Positions 21,571-33,021 of a stretch of 61,101 bases of DNA are shown here, in pieces. Below the pieces are notes generated by a model, which was not told where the DNA came from, did not search any database, and saw only the letters and a list, made by a program, of their open reading frames with translations. The position numbers and the translations under genes were made by a program. Positions within the stretch are counted from its first letter, which is position 1. The number at the start of each line of letters is the position of its first letter. The stretch is from Gracilinanus agilis (taxonomy: Eukaryota), in assembly GCF_016433145.1 (NCBI RefSeq), contig NC_058130.1, positions 735,068,404 through 735,129,504 of the forward strand, given 5' to 3'.

Positions 21571-24300
21571 AGCCTTTTATAACTGGTCTCCCCGCCTGGA
21601 CTTCTTTCCCCTCCAAATCATCCTCCACTCAGTTCTCAAGGTGATTTTCATCCTCCTTTAAGACTGGATCTCCCTCTCTCATCCAGGATGGGGTTGAGTG
21701 GCTACTCCTAGCAGGTCTCTGATCCCCACAGGAGCCGAGACCTGCTCCTTTTCTGAGCAGGGACATTCATCTCTCCTTGGGCAGCTTGGCTGTCCTCTCT
21801 TCCCTGAGGGGGTTCATTCTGCTGGGGTGGACTTAATGTCAGCAGTCGATTTATAGGCTTTGCTCACCACGACTCAGAATCCCCAAGCTTAAGCTATGCA
21901 GTAGCGCCAGCCTCTTGGGAACCAGAAGGGATGCACAAGCACAACCAGCCATTTTTTTAAGGCGTAGATCTGATCAACCCCCACCCCTTGCACCCCCAAA
22001 ATGCAAACCGTTTCCTATGACCTCTGGGCCAGAACATACATTTTCTTTTGGCATTTAAAGCTCCTCATGCCCCAACCCATTCCTACTTCCCAGCCTTCTC
22101 ATGATGACTCCCCACTCGCTATACATGGTCTGGTTGGACGGGTCTCCTTGCAGCTCCCCGCCACAAGGCACCATCTCCTGCGTCTCTGGGTCTGGCTTCC
22201 AGGTTCAGCTCAGATCACGCTTCTGCAAATCTTGTATCTCTCTTGATATCTCCCCGTTGTCTCCATCACAATATATAAGAGGGCGCCTTTCCCTGAGGTT
22301 CCACTTTTGGGGATTCCCAGAAGCAACACCCCTGCTGCAGTTTTGAGCAGCAGTGGCTGGTGTGGCCGGGGAACCAGATGTGGGGTCCACTTTTAGCCAT
22401 CTTCATTTCTTTTTGGCGTGGGAGGGGGAGGCCACAGAGCTCCCACAGGAGGGACTATCATGGGGAAAGAGCACACATGCATGGAGTGGGCAGGTGTTCC
22501 CTTATATCCTTGGTCTCGGCCATCTGTAGCAGATCTTGGAATCTGTCCCCAACACAAACGGGGCCCTACAGTAGCTGCCCTTTGAAAGCAGGAACTAGGT
22601 GGTTTTTGTCTTTTTGGTATCCTCACCATGTGGGGCACATAGGTCTTCCTTATATCGAGACTAGATATGGCCTTTAACTCCCACCCCATTAGTCCCAAAT
22701 CTGCTCTCTGGGGGCAGAAAAAAAAAACCTAACACATATTAGGTTTCCTCAGCCCAGTGATCACAAATCTTCAAGCTCAGCATGAGTTGCCTCAGTCCAT
22801 CTTCTTATGACCCTCATTTAAAAAAAAGCATGCCGACCAAATGCAGTTAGAGGATGCTGATAGACGGGATGGCATAATGGCAAGATCCCTCAGCCTTTAA
22901 TCAGGAGAACGAGGTTTCAGTTGATTCCCAGACTTTGGTGCCTCCAATCCCAGCTGACATTCCTAGAGGGCTCGTGCTACGGTGAAAAAATGCTAAGATT
23001 TGGGGCCTGAAGATCTTACAGTTGACCACTTGCTAAATGTGACCTTGGGCGAGTTCCTTTAGTTTCCTCTTGTGTCAGAGTTGAGACAAACTCCTTTCCA
23101 TCTGAATTTAATAACTTGTCAGTCTTATTGAACATGACAAAGAGGGGAACCATGGTCTATCTGTTTTTTTCTAGGGCCCAAGTGGGGCCCTCCCAATAAC
23201 TTGGAATTCTAAGAGGCTGTGGAATCGTGCGGATAAGGACTGCTTCCCTAAGGATTACTAGAAGAAGCCCTTCAATCCACCAGAATCCATATTGAATCTA
23301 CTTGGCCGCAGAGAGCTGAACCAAGAATGACGGGAAGAAGCTGCAGAGAGGTCTATTTTGGCTGGCTGGACTTGCGAAAGGCCTTCCTAAACAATGAGAA
23401 TTGTGCCAAAGTGGAAGGGGCAGTGGGCTCCCCAACCTTAGACATCTTGGAGTGGCTGCCTGCCAAACCTGTGTCAGGAGTGTGAGGGTGGGATGTCCTT
23501 TCATGGAAGGGTTGGCTGGACTAGAAAGGGACTGAGGCTCCCAACTCTCAAATGCTGTTGACAACACAAGAAGCAATGGATGTGGGAGTGAGGCAAACTT
23601 GGCCAAGTTATTTAAACTGAACCTCAAATAAGTTATGGATAAAGCAGGGCTGTATAACTCACACTGTTTTGAAGCTCAAGAGAGAAATCAAGTCGATGCT
23701 TTTTATAAATGGAAATGCACACTGAGGGCACCCACACACCATACTGACAGCTTCTAGTCTTGGATACTGGGTTCAGGTGGCAGGCAGGACCAGGGAGCGA
23801 GAAGGCAGAGCCAGAGACCTGACAACAAAGGGAGCGGGGCTGGGTGCGAGGTAGAATGATGACAAGGGGACTCGATGATGGGGCCTGGTTATGGTCTGGA
23901 GCAACCAGCAGCCAGTACATCTCTAAGACTTTTTGAGTATCTAGAAAAAAGAAGCCTCATCTCAAAGTTTCACCTGCACCCTCTGAAGGAGCAATCGATT
24001 ACTTTAGGAGCTGCCCTCCTCCCAAACCCCAGTGTATCTTGGAGAAGCTGGAGGGCCGGGACAGGAAAGGAGGCGGTAAGGTAGAGGGTGAGGTATTAAC
24101 TATATGGTTGTAGGCCAGATCTGATGAGATCACCAGGGTCAAACCTGGGAACTGAGAAAATACAAGTTCTATTGCAAGGCTCTGTCACTGTGTAACCAGA
24201 GACAAGTTAATTTTCCCTCTCCTAGCCTCCATTTCCTTATCAAAAAAAGGCTAAAACAATTGACTATCCTGATCAATGTTGTGAAAATCAAATGGGATAT

Positions 24301-24500
24301 AGACAGCTAGGTGGCTCACTGGATTGAGAGCCAGGCCTAGAGACCGGAGATCATAGGTTCAAATCTGGCCTTAGTCACTTCCTAGCTGTGTGACCCTGGA
24401 CAAGTCACTTAAACCACATTGCTTAGCAGCCCTTACCACTGTTTTGCCTTGGAACCAACACACAATATTGAATCTAAGATGGAAGATGAGGGTTTAAAAA
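24301..24500 (+). mobile_element. SINE1_Mdo-like SINE
   Basis: agacagctaggtggctcactggattgagagccagg ... gatggaagatgagggttt. Confidence 0.85.
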
Positions 24501-25750
24501 AAATTTAATTGGAATGATGTCAAAAAGGTTTTGAAAAGTATTCTACATTAAACATATGAAGTAACATTATTAGAACAAGATTCTTTACACGGTCCCTAGA
24601 CTGGGCTCTCCTGGGGCCAGAGTCAAGGAAAGATTGGACTAGGATGAAAGCTCTCTGTTCCTAGAAGTATGATCTCTGGGGAGGGGAGGCAGGAGGTAGT
24701 TTGTCAGAGAAACTAGTTAAAGCAGGTCTCAAAAATTCCTGGCTAATAGTGGGGAAGATGTTGGAAGACAAGTATTGATATATTTCTGGGCTTCTAGATG
24801 TGACCAAAGTAGCTGGCACTGAGAAGCAGTAGCAACTGAATTCCTCTAGGTTTTTGAGACTTGCTGACTTATGTTCCTGCTGGTGAATGGAACCAGGCCT
24901 ACGATAAGTATTCAGATCTGGGTGACAGTCAGTGCTGTAGCTGCTCCAGGGTCAGATATAATGCTGAATGGAAGGAGCCAAGCATGGGTGGACTGTTACG
25001 CCTGGGAACTTCCCGGCATACAATCATAAAACTGCTTCTGATTTAGTAGGGGCCTTTGAAGGCATCTAGAATAGTCCAGTCTTATTCCCAAGGCTATTAG
25101 AATCCCCCCTCTAATACAGAATTTCACCTGAAGAATCTAGTCTTCTAAGTGATCCACTAATCTTCTCTCCAATATCCCTGACAATTAACCTCAGGTCTTT
25201 GCAATAACACCTCATGTAGTTGGCCAGTTCTGATATTAGACAGCCAGGTGGCACAGTGGATAAAGTACAGAGCCTCAAGTCAAGATCTCAGCTTAAAAAT
25301 GACTCCAGACATTTATTAGCTGGATGATTCTGGATAGGTCTCTTAATCTGTTTCCTCATCTATAAAAAAAAAAAAAAGTGATAATAGCACCTACCTCCCA
25401 GGGCTGTTTTATATATAAAATGAGATAATTGGAAAGTGATTATCAGCACAGTAGCTAGTACATGGTAAGCACTAAGCTGTCAGACACCCACTAGCTAGGT
25501 GACCTGGGTAAATCACTTAACCTGTTTGCCTCAGTTTCCTCAACTGTTTCCTCAACGGTCCCAAAATTGGGACCATAATAGCACTTTCCTCCCAGGATTG
25601 TTGTGAAGATGAAACAGGATCACATCGTATTTTTGTGACTGAATATATGAAAATGTGATGTATATGACTGAGGTGATGGGTGATGAGGTGATGAGGAGAA
25701 CAGGTGCAAGCTAGGAGTGGAGAATGCTGCCTTGGCCAATGAGTGTCCTG

Positions 25751-26295
25751 GAGACTTATTCTCAGATTGCTTCTGAGAATCTGATACACCAAAGGTCCAA
25801 GGAGGCAGAATGACACAAAGCTCTTAACTCAACAGTCCCAAAGAATGAACTATACAAAACTATTGAGCAGATGAAGACTATGGATTGTGCTGCTAAGAAG
25901 GTGATTAAAAAGAGCTCCGGCTCATTAAAATGACAGAAATTAGAGGAAGAGCTTCAAAAGAAGAACTAGCTGTTAGAGGCAATTAACAAGCAGTTGCATC
26001 TGAAGCTGACTGAAAGCCAGGGAGAGCTGAAGGTGCTCACTCAAAAAGTGGAGTTCCTGGAGAAATTTCAGGATAGCTACTTGGCAATTTTGGAGAGTGG
26101 CAATATTGATCCAGTTACAGGAGCCAACATCCTGGAAAACTGGCAAGAAACACTGAAATGTCAGAGGGAATCTGTACTGCTCTTGGAAAGTCTGAAAGAG
26201 TAATTGAAGCTTTTTAACCAGATGGAGGAGATACAATGAAAGTGAAGTTGAAGATGGAAGGAAAATCTGATTTCCTAAAAAAAACAGGCATTTAA
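25751..26295 (+). pseudogene. KNSTRN: Processed, 5'-truncated pseudogene of kinetochore-localized astrin/SPAG5-binding protein (SKAP)
   Basis: One frame reads ETYSQIASENLIHQRSKEAE*HKALNSTVPKNE...QMKTMDCAAKKVIKK...K*QKLEEELQKKN*LLEAINKQLHLKLTESQGELKVLTQKVEFLEKFQDSYLAILES...SVLLLESLKE*LKLFNQMEEIQ, then shifts frame to MKVKLKMEGKSDFL. This aligns with recalled human KNSTRN (QKSEEELKDKNQLLEAVNKQLHQKLTETQGELKDLTQKVELLEKFRDNCLAILES). Stops are at 25811, 25931, 25967 and 26201. No introns. AATAAA at 26878-26883. Confidence 0.88.
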
Positions 26296-28000
26296 AAACC
26301 AGGTAGTCTCACAGCCACCCTTCAAATGAAACAATTGGTAGCATTTTCAAAAGGGGGTTCATTCCTTCAACTAAGATTAAATTATAAGAACATTCTCTTA
26401 AGTTTTCCTAGCATAGGGCTTCTTAACTCTCCCAACTGAAATATCTTCAGAAAAAAAAGCTGGAATCTAGGTTAGTAACGAGGGGCATTCTTGCCTTCTA
26501 AGCATGTGCTGGCCAAGCAGCCAAGTATATGACTTGCTCATCTGTTAGTGGTCAGCCTTAAGGCCCAAGAAGGAAAACTGGTGCTTTGGGCTGCCTTGTT
26601 TTAGCTACCAACCATCAGTTCAGCTTGGAGGCAGAATCAGAAATTTAAACGAGTAATAGTACCAGGAAGAATCATTTTTGAATTTAGTGGTTGGGAATTT
26701 GAAATGTTAAAAAGTTTGTAGACTAAAAGGAAAGAGGTGGAGTCCCATGGTGTCAATATTCTGATTTGAGCCATTTTTTAAAAATTAGATCTTCCTATTT
26801 GGGTTTTAAGCGTATCTTATGGCATAAACTCTGACCCTTATGCTCCTTCCTTTTGGCTCCCAAATTTCTAAACTTGAAATAAAGTGGCATTGATTTCCTT
26901 AAACTTCTAAGAAGGGTAGGTTATAGGGATGATTAACATTTTCCTAAAATAACTGAAGAGTGGAGTTGGAATGAATTCATTACTGTGATCCTCTTGGTCC
27001 AAATCACCTGGTGGTCTTTGTTCTTTTGTTCTTTTTTAAGCTAAAATACATCTATAAATAAATATTACTTGGACTGAAAAAGAGAGATGTTTATAGAGAA
27101 CTTAATACAATGCCTGGCATATAGTAGGTGTTATTACTATTGTTTTGTTTTATTGTTCATTTTTCATCTATGAACTGAAATGTGGCTCTTGAACTTTCTC
27201 CCATTGCTCTAAGTTCTGCCCTCTGGAATCAGACACTTCTTTTTTCCAAAAGATACTCAGAGATGTCAATTATTCATGACTCAAGTCTCTTCTCCAAGAA
27301 AAAAACGACCAACTCCTTCTACTGGTTGTGCTATGGCACAGTCTTTTGAATCATATCTCTGGCCCTCCTCATCAGGACATGGCTCGAGTTTTGTTCAATA
27401 TCCCTTCTAAAACTGGGCCTGAAACTGAACAAAGTATTTCAGAAAAGGTCTGAACAATGCACACTATGGTGGGATTACCACTTTCTTCCTCCTGGCCAAT
27501 AAGCAAGGTAAAAGCAGCTGCATCTCTTTCAGAAGGAGGGTTCTGGCTTCAGTTGGAAGCCCAAGTCAAATCTTGCTGCTCTATAAAAGGGCATAAAATC
27601 TGCTGGGTTGTCTTTAAGAAAGAAGGCATGGAATCAAGTGGCCTGGCTACTTCCTGAGAAGCTGGGCAAAAAGAAGGGTAGGATCAAAGGTTGAACCACA
27701 GGTTAAAATCTAAGAATGTCAGAAATCATCTTAAGTTCAACCACCTCATTTTACAAAGAAGAAAACTGAGGCAGAAAAAAGTAACTTGCCTAAAGCTTTT
27801 CAGAGATTTAGTACTATGTACAGATGGAATTAGAACCTCAGGTCTCCCCATTTTCAGTCCAGGTCACCTTCCATTACATTATACTATCTCCTTAAATGAG
27901 GGTTGATACTCCTTCCTCGGTTTCCACAACCAGTGAAACAAAGAAAGGATGTGTGAGCAAGTCAGCCTTTAGAAGTTCAGCAGAGGTCAACTGATGAAGC

Positions 28001-28573
28001 TTTATTAATTTTATCTACCAGTTGCCTTACCAATAACTTTCACTCACATCTTCTCAGCCTTCACAAGACTTAGGAAACCTAGCCCCCACAAGTTCTCTTC
28101 TGTCTTCTCAATGAACCATGGCTCTCAAGCCTCCATCAATCAGGGGTTTCTGATGGCAACTCTCTTTGCAGGTTTTTCTGCCATCTAAGCACTTGACAAG
28201 ATTTTGCAGTAGGACCCATTTTGCTATAGGAGAGACGGGTTTGTGGTATAGTTTGGAGACAGGAGACATTAGTCTTATCAAGTCCACCTTGTTCAGCTTA
28301 GGAGTTTAAGCAGAACTGGATGCCTGAGGAGGGAGTGCCTACATGCAAACAGGTGCCTTGACCTCCTAATAAGAAGCCACGGTGGAGGTGCCTGGGGAAG
28401 GCAGAGGGGCCTCTCAGAACAGATGGGCCTCCCGGCCCCAAGACAAACACACACAACCCGACCAGGCTTGACAAGGAGTTGGCGTCTAAGGAAAACTCCA
28501 GAGCATCTGCTTCTCGTTTTGAAGTAGCTGTATTTTTAAATAGCTTTCAAGATACACATTTCTTTCTTTCTTA

Positions 28574-28606
<33 letters not shown>

Positions 28607-29713
28607 CTGTAAGAGCAACTGACCACTAGGGCAGTTTCTTTTTGCTGGTCCTCGTTGTGGTCCCAGTCCCAGTGCTCGACGTAATTCTGAGCTCATCCGG
28701 GCAGTGAGGCAGGACAATAGGGCGAAAGGGGAAGGGGTGATTGGGGAATGGGAGAGATGTCAGGGAGAAGAGGCTGTGAGGAGGTTAAATGCCAGACCCA
28801 AGTGGGCTCTTGGCTTTGTTCCTGGGAACCAGGTATGGTGGAGGCTGGGGAGTGACAGCCTCTTGGGCTAGCAGCCAGACAACTGGGCTGCACTTGCCCT
28901 AGGAGAGTCTTACCCTGTTTTCCACAAATCATGCATCACCTCTTGTTGAGCTAAAACGTCCATTTATTTAATAGCAGTAATAATTTAAAATTATAAAAAC
29001 CCTTTCCGTTGTTGAGCATTAGAGGGCGAGGTTATAAAGACAGACAGGATGATGGGAGAGAGGACAGCTGAAGGGGGAGTGGACAGTTCGCATGTTGGAT
29101 GGCAATGAAACAGCCACACTCCACCGGCCTTCCCGCCTGGGAACATTGTCTTTATGTTCCCTCTGAGGGGGTTACAAAGGTTAGGGGGGCTGTTGGGGAG
29201 AAAGAAGAAAATGAAAAGTATCTCAAATCCACAACCACAGAGATGGCTTGGCCACATCCATCCTTCATTTCAAACAACCTGGTACCTGCTAGGATCCAGA
29301 CTGATGAAACGCAGTTAATGTGACCTGGAGGCTTTATAAGCCAGCGCAGTGGTAGCCATCAATTGGCAGGAGAGACAGAGCTTCCCTAGAACCGTCAGAT
29401 GAGTTGGGGACTGGCGGGTAGAGAGGGGGAAAAGGTCTAAAGGCCTTTGGTGCTTCCAAAGCTTGTTTAAAAAAAAAAAAAGAAAAAAGAAAAAGAAAAA
29501 AAGAAAGGAAAAAAGAAAGGTGTTGGGGTCTTAGGATCTCTCCCGCCCCCTCCCCCTTCCCCCCCACTCTGTCTCCTGGGTTCAGTGTGGGGTGGGGGAA
29601 GATTAGCTGCTCCCTCTGACCAGGAAGCAGAAGGGCAATGGACAGGGTAGGGTTGGGGGCAAAGGGGAAAGAGGGAAGAAGGTCGGGATGGTTGGACTGG
29701 CTGGTGGTGAGAT
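28001..29713 (-). other. RNF126: RNF126 3' UTR with candidate polyadenylation signals
   Basis: On the minus strand: AATAAA at 28963-28968, AATACA at 28529-28534 (preceded by a U-rich tract and TGTA), and AATAAA at 28001-28006. The true end is unknown. Confidence 0.5.
28576..28605. repeat. (AAAAC)n microsatellite
   Basis: aaaacaaaacaaaacaaaacaaaacaaaaa. Confidence 0.9.
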
Positions 29714-29863
29714 TCACGAGTTGTTTGTTGAGTTTTCGTTACTTGGCGAACTGGAGGAGGAGGAGGAAGAGGAGGAAGAAAAATTCATTCCTGTCAGTCC
29801 CGGGGGATTTGTGGCAGTGTTCTGTCCACTTAAGCTTTTCCGACACACTGGGCAGGTATCATG
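29714..29863 (-). CDS. RNF126: E3 ubiquitin ligase RNF126, exon 9 (last)
   Basis: [29 protein letters not shown]11[10 protein letters not shown] (TGA). AAG acceptor after a long pyrimidine tract. 150 nt. Confidence 0.96.
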   Translation of the reverse strand, partial: HDTCPVCRKSLSGQNTATNPPGLTGMNFSSSSSSSSSSSPSNENSTNNS

Positions 29864-29997
29864 CTTTGAGAAATGGAAAGGGAAAAGGAGAGAGAAAAAA
29901 AGAATTAATTAGAGCCTGTACCCAAATAAGAGTGAGGCATTAGGATGCTGGAGATTCTCCATGTAGGGGGTTCAGGCAGCCCCAGGTACCAACTTAC

Positions 29998-30113
29998 CTG
30001 TTCCAGCCAGGGGACTATGCAGCCATCGTGGAATAAGTGATTGCAAGGTAACTGCCGGACATTCTCACCCAGCGTATAGTCATCTTTGCATACAGGACAT
30101 TCTAACCCTGAAC
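29998..30113 (-). CDS. RNF126: RNF126 exon 8 (RING-H2 core)
   Basis: (G)[38 protein letters not shown]. 116 nt, ctttcag acceptor and GTAAGT donor. Confidence 0.97.
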
Positions 30114-31108
30114 CTGAAAGCAGGAAAAAAGAGTCTAGAGGCCTCATAACTGCCTAATACAAGCTCTCAAGAATTGGGGGGGGGAAGAATCCCTCATTCT
30201 GCTAGCTTCCCAAGGCCTATTTCCATCATCCTACTGGGGTGGTTCAACAACACCATTTTAAACTCCCAGAGAATCAGCAGAGGTATTGATTTTGAAATAA
30301 TAGCTCCTTCAATTTGTCTCCCAAATCACTGCCATTGACTTGCTCTATGAAAGCTAAGTCAAACCACTTAAAAACTTTCACAGGGCCCCAGAAACTTCCA
30401 AATGGTATAACATTAAGACTAGAAGTGACCTTGGCGATCCAACCCATTTGAAAAGGGTCCAAGCCTTTTACAGGGAGTAGGCTGAGAAGCAGAAATGAAG
30501 TTGAGGACTAAGAACAAGTTTCCCCAATTCTGGCCTAATGTTCTTCCAATACAGTAGGCTTGACTCTTCCAGACACCTGTCCTTATCTGCTTTAGAAGCT
30601 CTTGGGAGCAAATAAAAGAGATGACGTGGGAATGTCTCAGTAGCAAGCGTCCATCTATTAAACTGGGGTATCAAAATATAACCAAATATTATGTCTCAGT
30701 CAGTAAGCTGATGCTTTACCAGGGAGTAGAGGAAAAGGGCAATATGCTCCAAGTTAAAGGAAGGAGACAGAAAAACCAACACAACTATCAAGAACAGTTT
30801 CCTCCGACTTCTAGCCCCACTAAACTACCTCTGACAATGTTACAGATGAAAACTGGGCTCCAGATCAAAGAATAACACACCATCACAGACTCCATAGACC
30901 ATCTGTCCAACTGAATTTTACCAGTGAGAAAACTCAAATGCTTAAAGGGGAGAAGGCCTTGCCCACGACCACCCAGAGTCAAGTTCAAGGCAGAGCCAGG
31001 ACTGGACCCTTGCTCTCTCTGCTCCCAGGGCAGGCCCACTTAGCAGCAGCCCTAAGATCAGATTTCTGCCTCCAAAGTGCCCCTCAGGGCTACAGCTGGA
31101 GTACCTAC

Positions 31109-31202
31109 CTACGTGTTCCTCTGTGACTTGTATGGTGGGAAGGGCTTGTATTTTCTCTTTGTCTGCTGGTGGGGGACCGGTGTTTTCAAACTGATTAAGG
31201 AG
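31109..31202 (-). CDS. RNF126: RNF126 exon 7
   Basis: [31 protein letters not shown](G). 94 nt, tttcag acceptor and GTAGGT donor. Confidence 0.96.
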
Positions 31203-32097
31203 CTGAAAGACAAGAGGCGAGAGTGCCGAGATCCCTGGTCTGGGGCATAGCTTCCTTTGCCAGAAGAAATCAGTTCACTGAGCTCAATGTGTCTGGGGTC
31301 TTGCTTTTGGCCATGGATAGTAACTGAGGCAATCCTGCCACCTGAATCCCAGGGAAGGCCTCTTCCTGGGCCCTTCTGGAGTCAGTTTAGGCTCTGAAAA
31401 GCAAGGACAGATTGCCTGCCAAAGCCCTACAATCTGCTACATATCCTTTGCCCAAGTCTTTGGGAAAGCCTGCCTAGCAAAACAAAACACTATTCTGTTC
31501 AAGTTCAGGGAAGTGAGCTTCAGGGATCAGCTGGACTGGGCTGGGCTGACTTTTCCAATTTAGCTTAGGATGCATCTGCAATCTCACCCACTGAAAGGGG
31601 TGTTTTGGCTCAGCCTCTAGTTACCCAGGTGTTATAAAGAAAGAGGGCCAACATCTGTCTTTACAAATGGAATACGGTCAGACTTGAGGGCTAATTCTCA
31701 GGGGCCAAGGTAGTTTTGCAAAGAGAATTCCAAAGGGTTCAGACCGTTTGTTTTCAAACTACAAACTTTTCCTAAAGGAAAAGTTACTAAAGATAAAAGG
31801 GGACATGAAGGAACATAGCATGTATCTGAATAGTCACATTCTTTTCATGGGAAAAATAGGGAAGGATTTTAGTTTGGGGGAGGAGAAGGGGAAGTTGAAG
31901 GAAGGAGTCTTTTCCTGTCCTATGACCCCATAGCTCTTGAAGGCTCCTGGGTATTTGGATTCCATCCCCCGAAGAAAGCCCAGAGCCATAAGTCAGCAGG
32001 GCATAGCACCACCAGTGGGAAGCTGGGCTAATCCAGTGTGTCCCCAAAGCCTCTCCAGGGCAAGCAGGTAAGCCCTAGAGTTGACTCCGCTTTTTAC

Positions 32098-32167
32098 CTG
32101 TGTAATGATCGCATCCAGGCCATTAGCACCCCATGCATAGTCCATTGGATTTGAATGCAAAACACCC
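32098..32167 (-). CDS. RNF126: RNF126 exon 6
   Basis: (W)[23 protein letters not shown]. 70 nt, ctcaag acceptor and GTAAAA donor. Confidence 0.96.
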
Positions 32168-32274
32168 CTTGAGAACACACAGAGAAGAAAAGATTGAAGG
32201 TTAAAATGGACTTAAAGGGGAGAAGAAAAGAGGTACAGCCATAAACAATTCACATCTGATAATTCTTGACTCAC

Positions 32275-32343
32275 CAAGGGCCCAATCCCAGGTTTGGTAT
32301 TGTTGCAGGTGCAATAATTCCATTGACCAATTGCTGAATAATC
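32275..32343 (-). CDS. RNF126: RNF126 exon 5
   Basis: (G)[22 protein letters not shown](W). 69 nt, poly-T tag acceptor and GTGAGT donor. Confidence 0.95.
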
Positions 32344-32776
32344 CTAAAAAAAAAGAAAAAAAAAAAGGAAAAATCAGATTAAGAAGGAAAAGCAGCCCAA
32401 AGAACCTTTCTAAAAGGCTAAAAATTTAAAATGAAGAAGAAAAATACAGTGGTATGATGGAAAGAACATTGGCTTTGGAATCCACACCTGGATTCAAGTC
32501 CTGGGTCTGAAATTTACCAGCAATGTGATCTTGGCCAGATCACTTCCTCTCTCTGGCCTGTTTCTTCATTGGCAAAATAGGAACATTAACACTTGTCCTG
32601 AATAACTCCAAGGGGCTGTACAAGGCTCAAATGTGATCACAAATATAAAGTGTTTTTGTAAATTGGAAAGTGCTATAGAAGTATAAACTATTATTACTGT
32701 GCACCCCAAAGGTGGGACAACACTGTACCAGCAGTTGGAAATCCCTTCAGATCTTTGCCTGATCCCCGATTCTCAC

Positions 32777-33021
32777 CCTTCTAATGTTGGGACGCCTTCA
32801 TGCCTGCCTGCAGCACGCCGTGCAGTGAGGCGGGCCCGTGGCTGCCGTGCGCCATAGCGGTGGCGGGACTGGTGTTCTCTCTCCCGCCTGTTCTCCGAGT
32901 CCCTGGTGTCCTCAGATTGCACCCCAGAGCCGAATGTGGGAAATTCAAAGCTGTCATCAAAAATCCCAAAGGCAAACTGGCCATAGCCCTGTGGCAAGGT
33001 GAATAAATGCTGATCCACATT
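32777..33021 (-). CDS. RNF126: RNF126 exon 4
   Basis: [31 protein letters not shown]...RHEGVPTLE(G). 245 nt, ctgtag acceptor and GTGAGA donor. Confidence 0.97.

Noticed and set aside
22205-23920. Series of minus-strand ORFs suggesting a hidden gene
   Set aside because: Much of the region matches reversed or forward CR1/L3 and L2 ends (22640-22710, 23390-23500). No consistent exon chain or protein family.
25004-25013. Perfect NF-kB site GGGAACTTCC
   Set aside because: A single 10-mer in intergenic DNA with no clustering or context. Chance occurrence is plausible.
25994-26203. 69-aa KNSTRN-like ORF as a functional micro-protein
   Set aside because: It begins at TTG and is just the interval between two nonsense mutations in the pseudogene.
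30468-30674. ORF containing ADKD, resembling RNF126 exon 7 (ADKE)
   Set aside because: The true exon 7 is at 31109-31202 with correct phase and length, so the similarity is coincidental.
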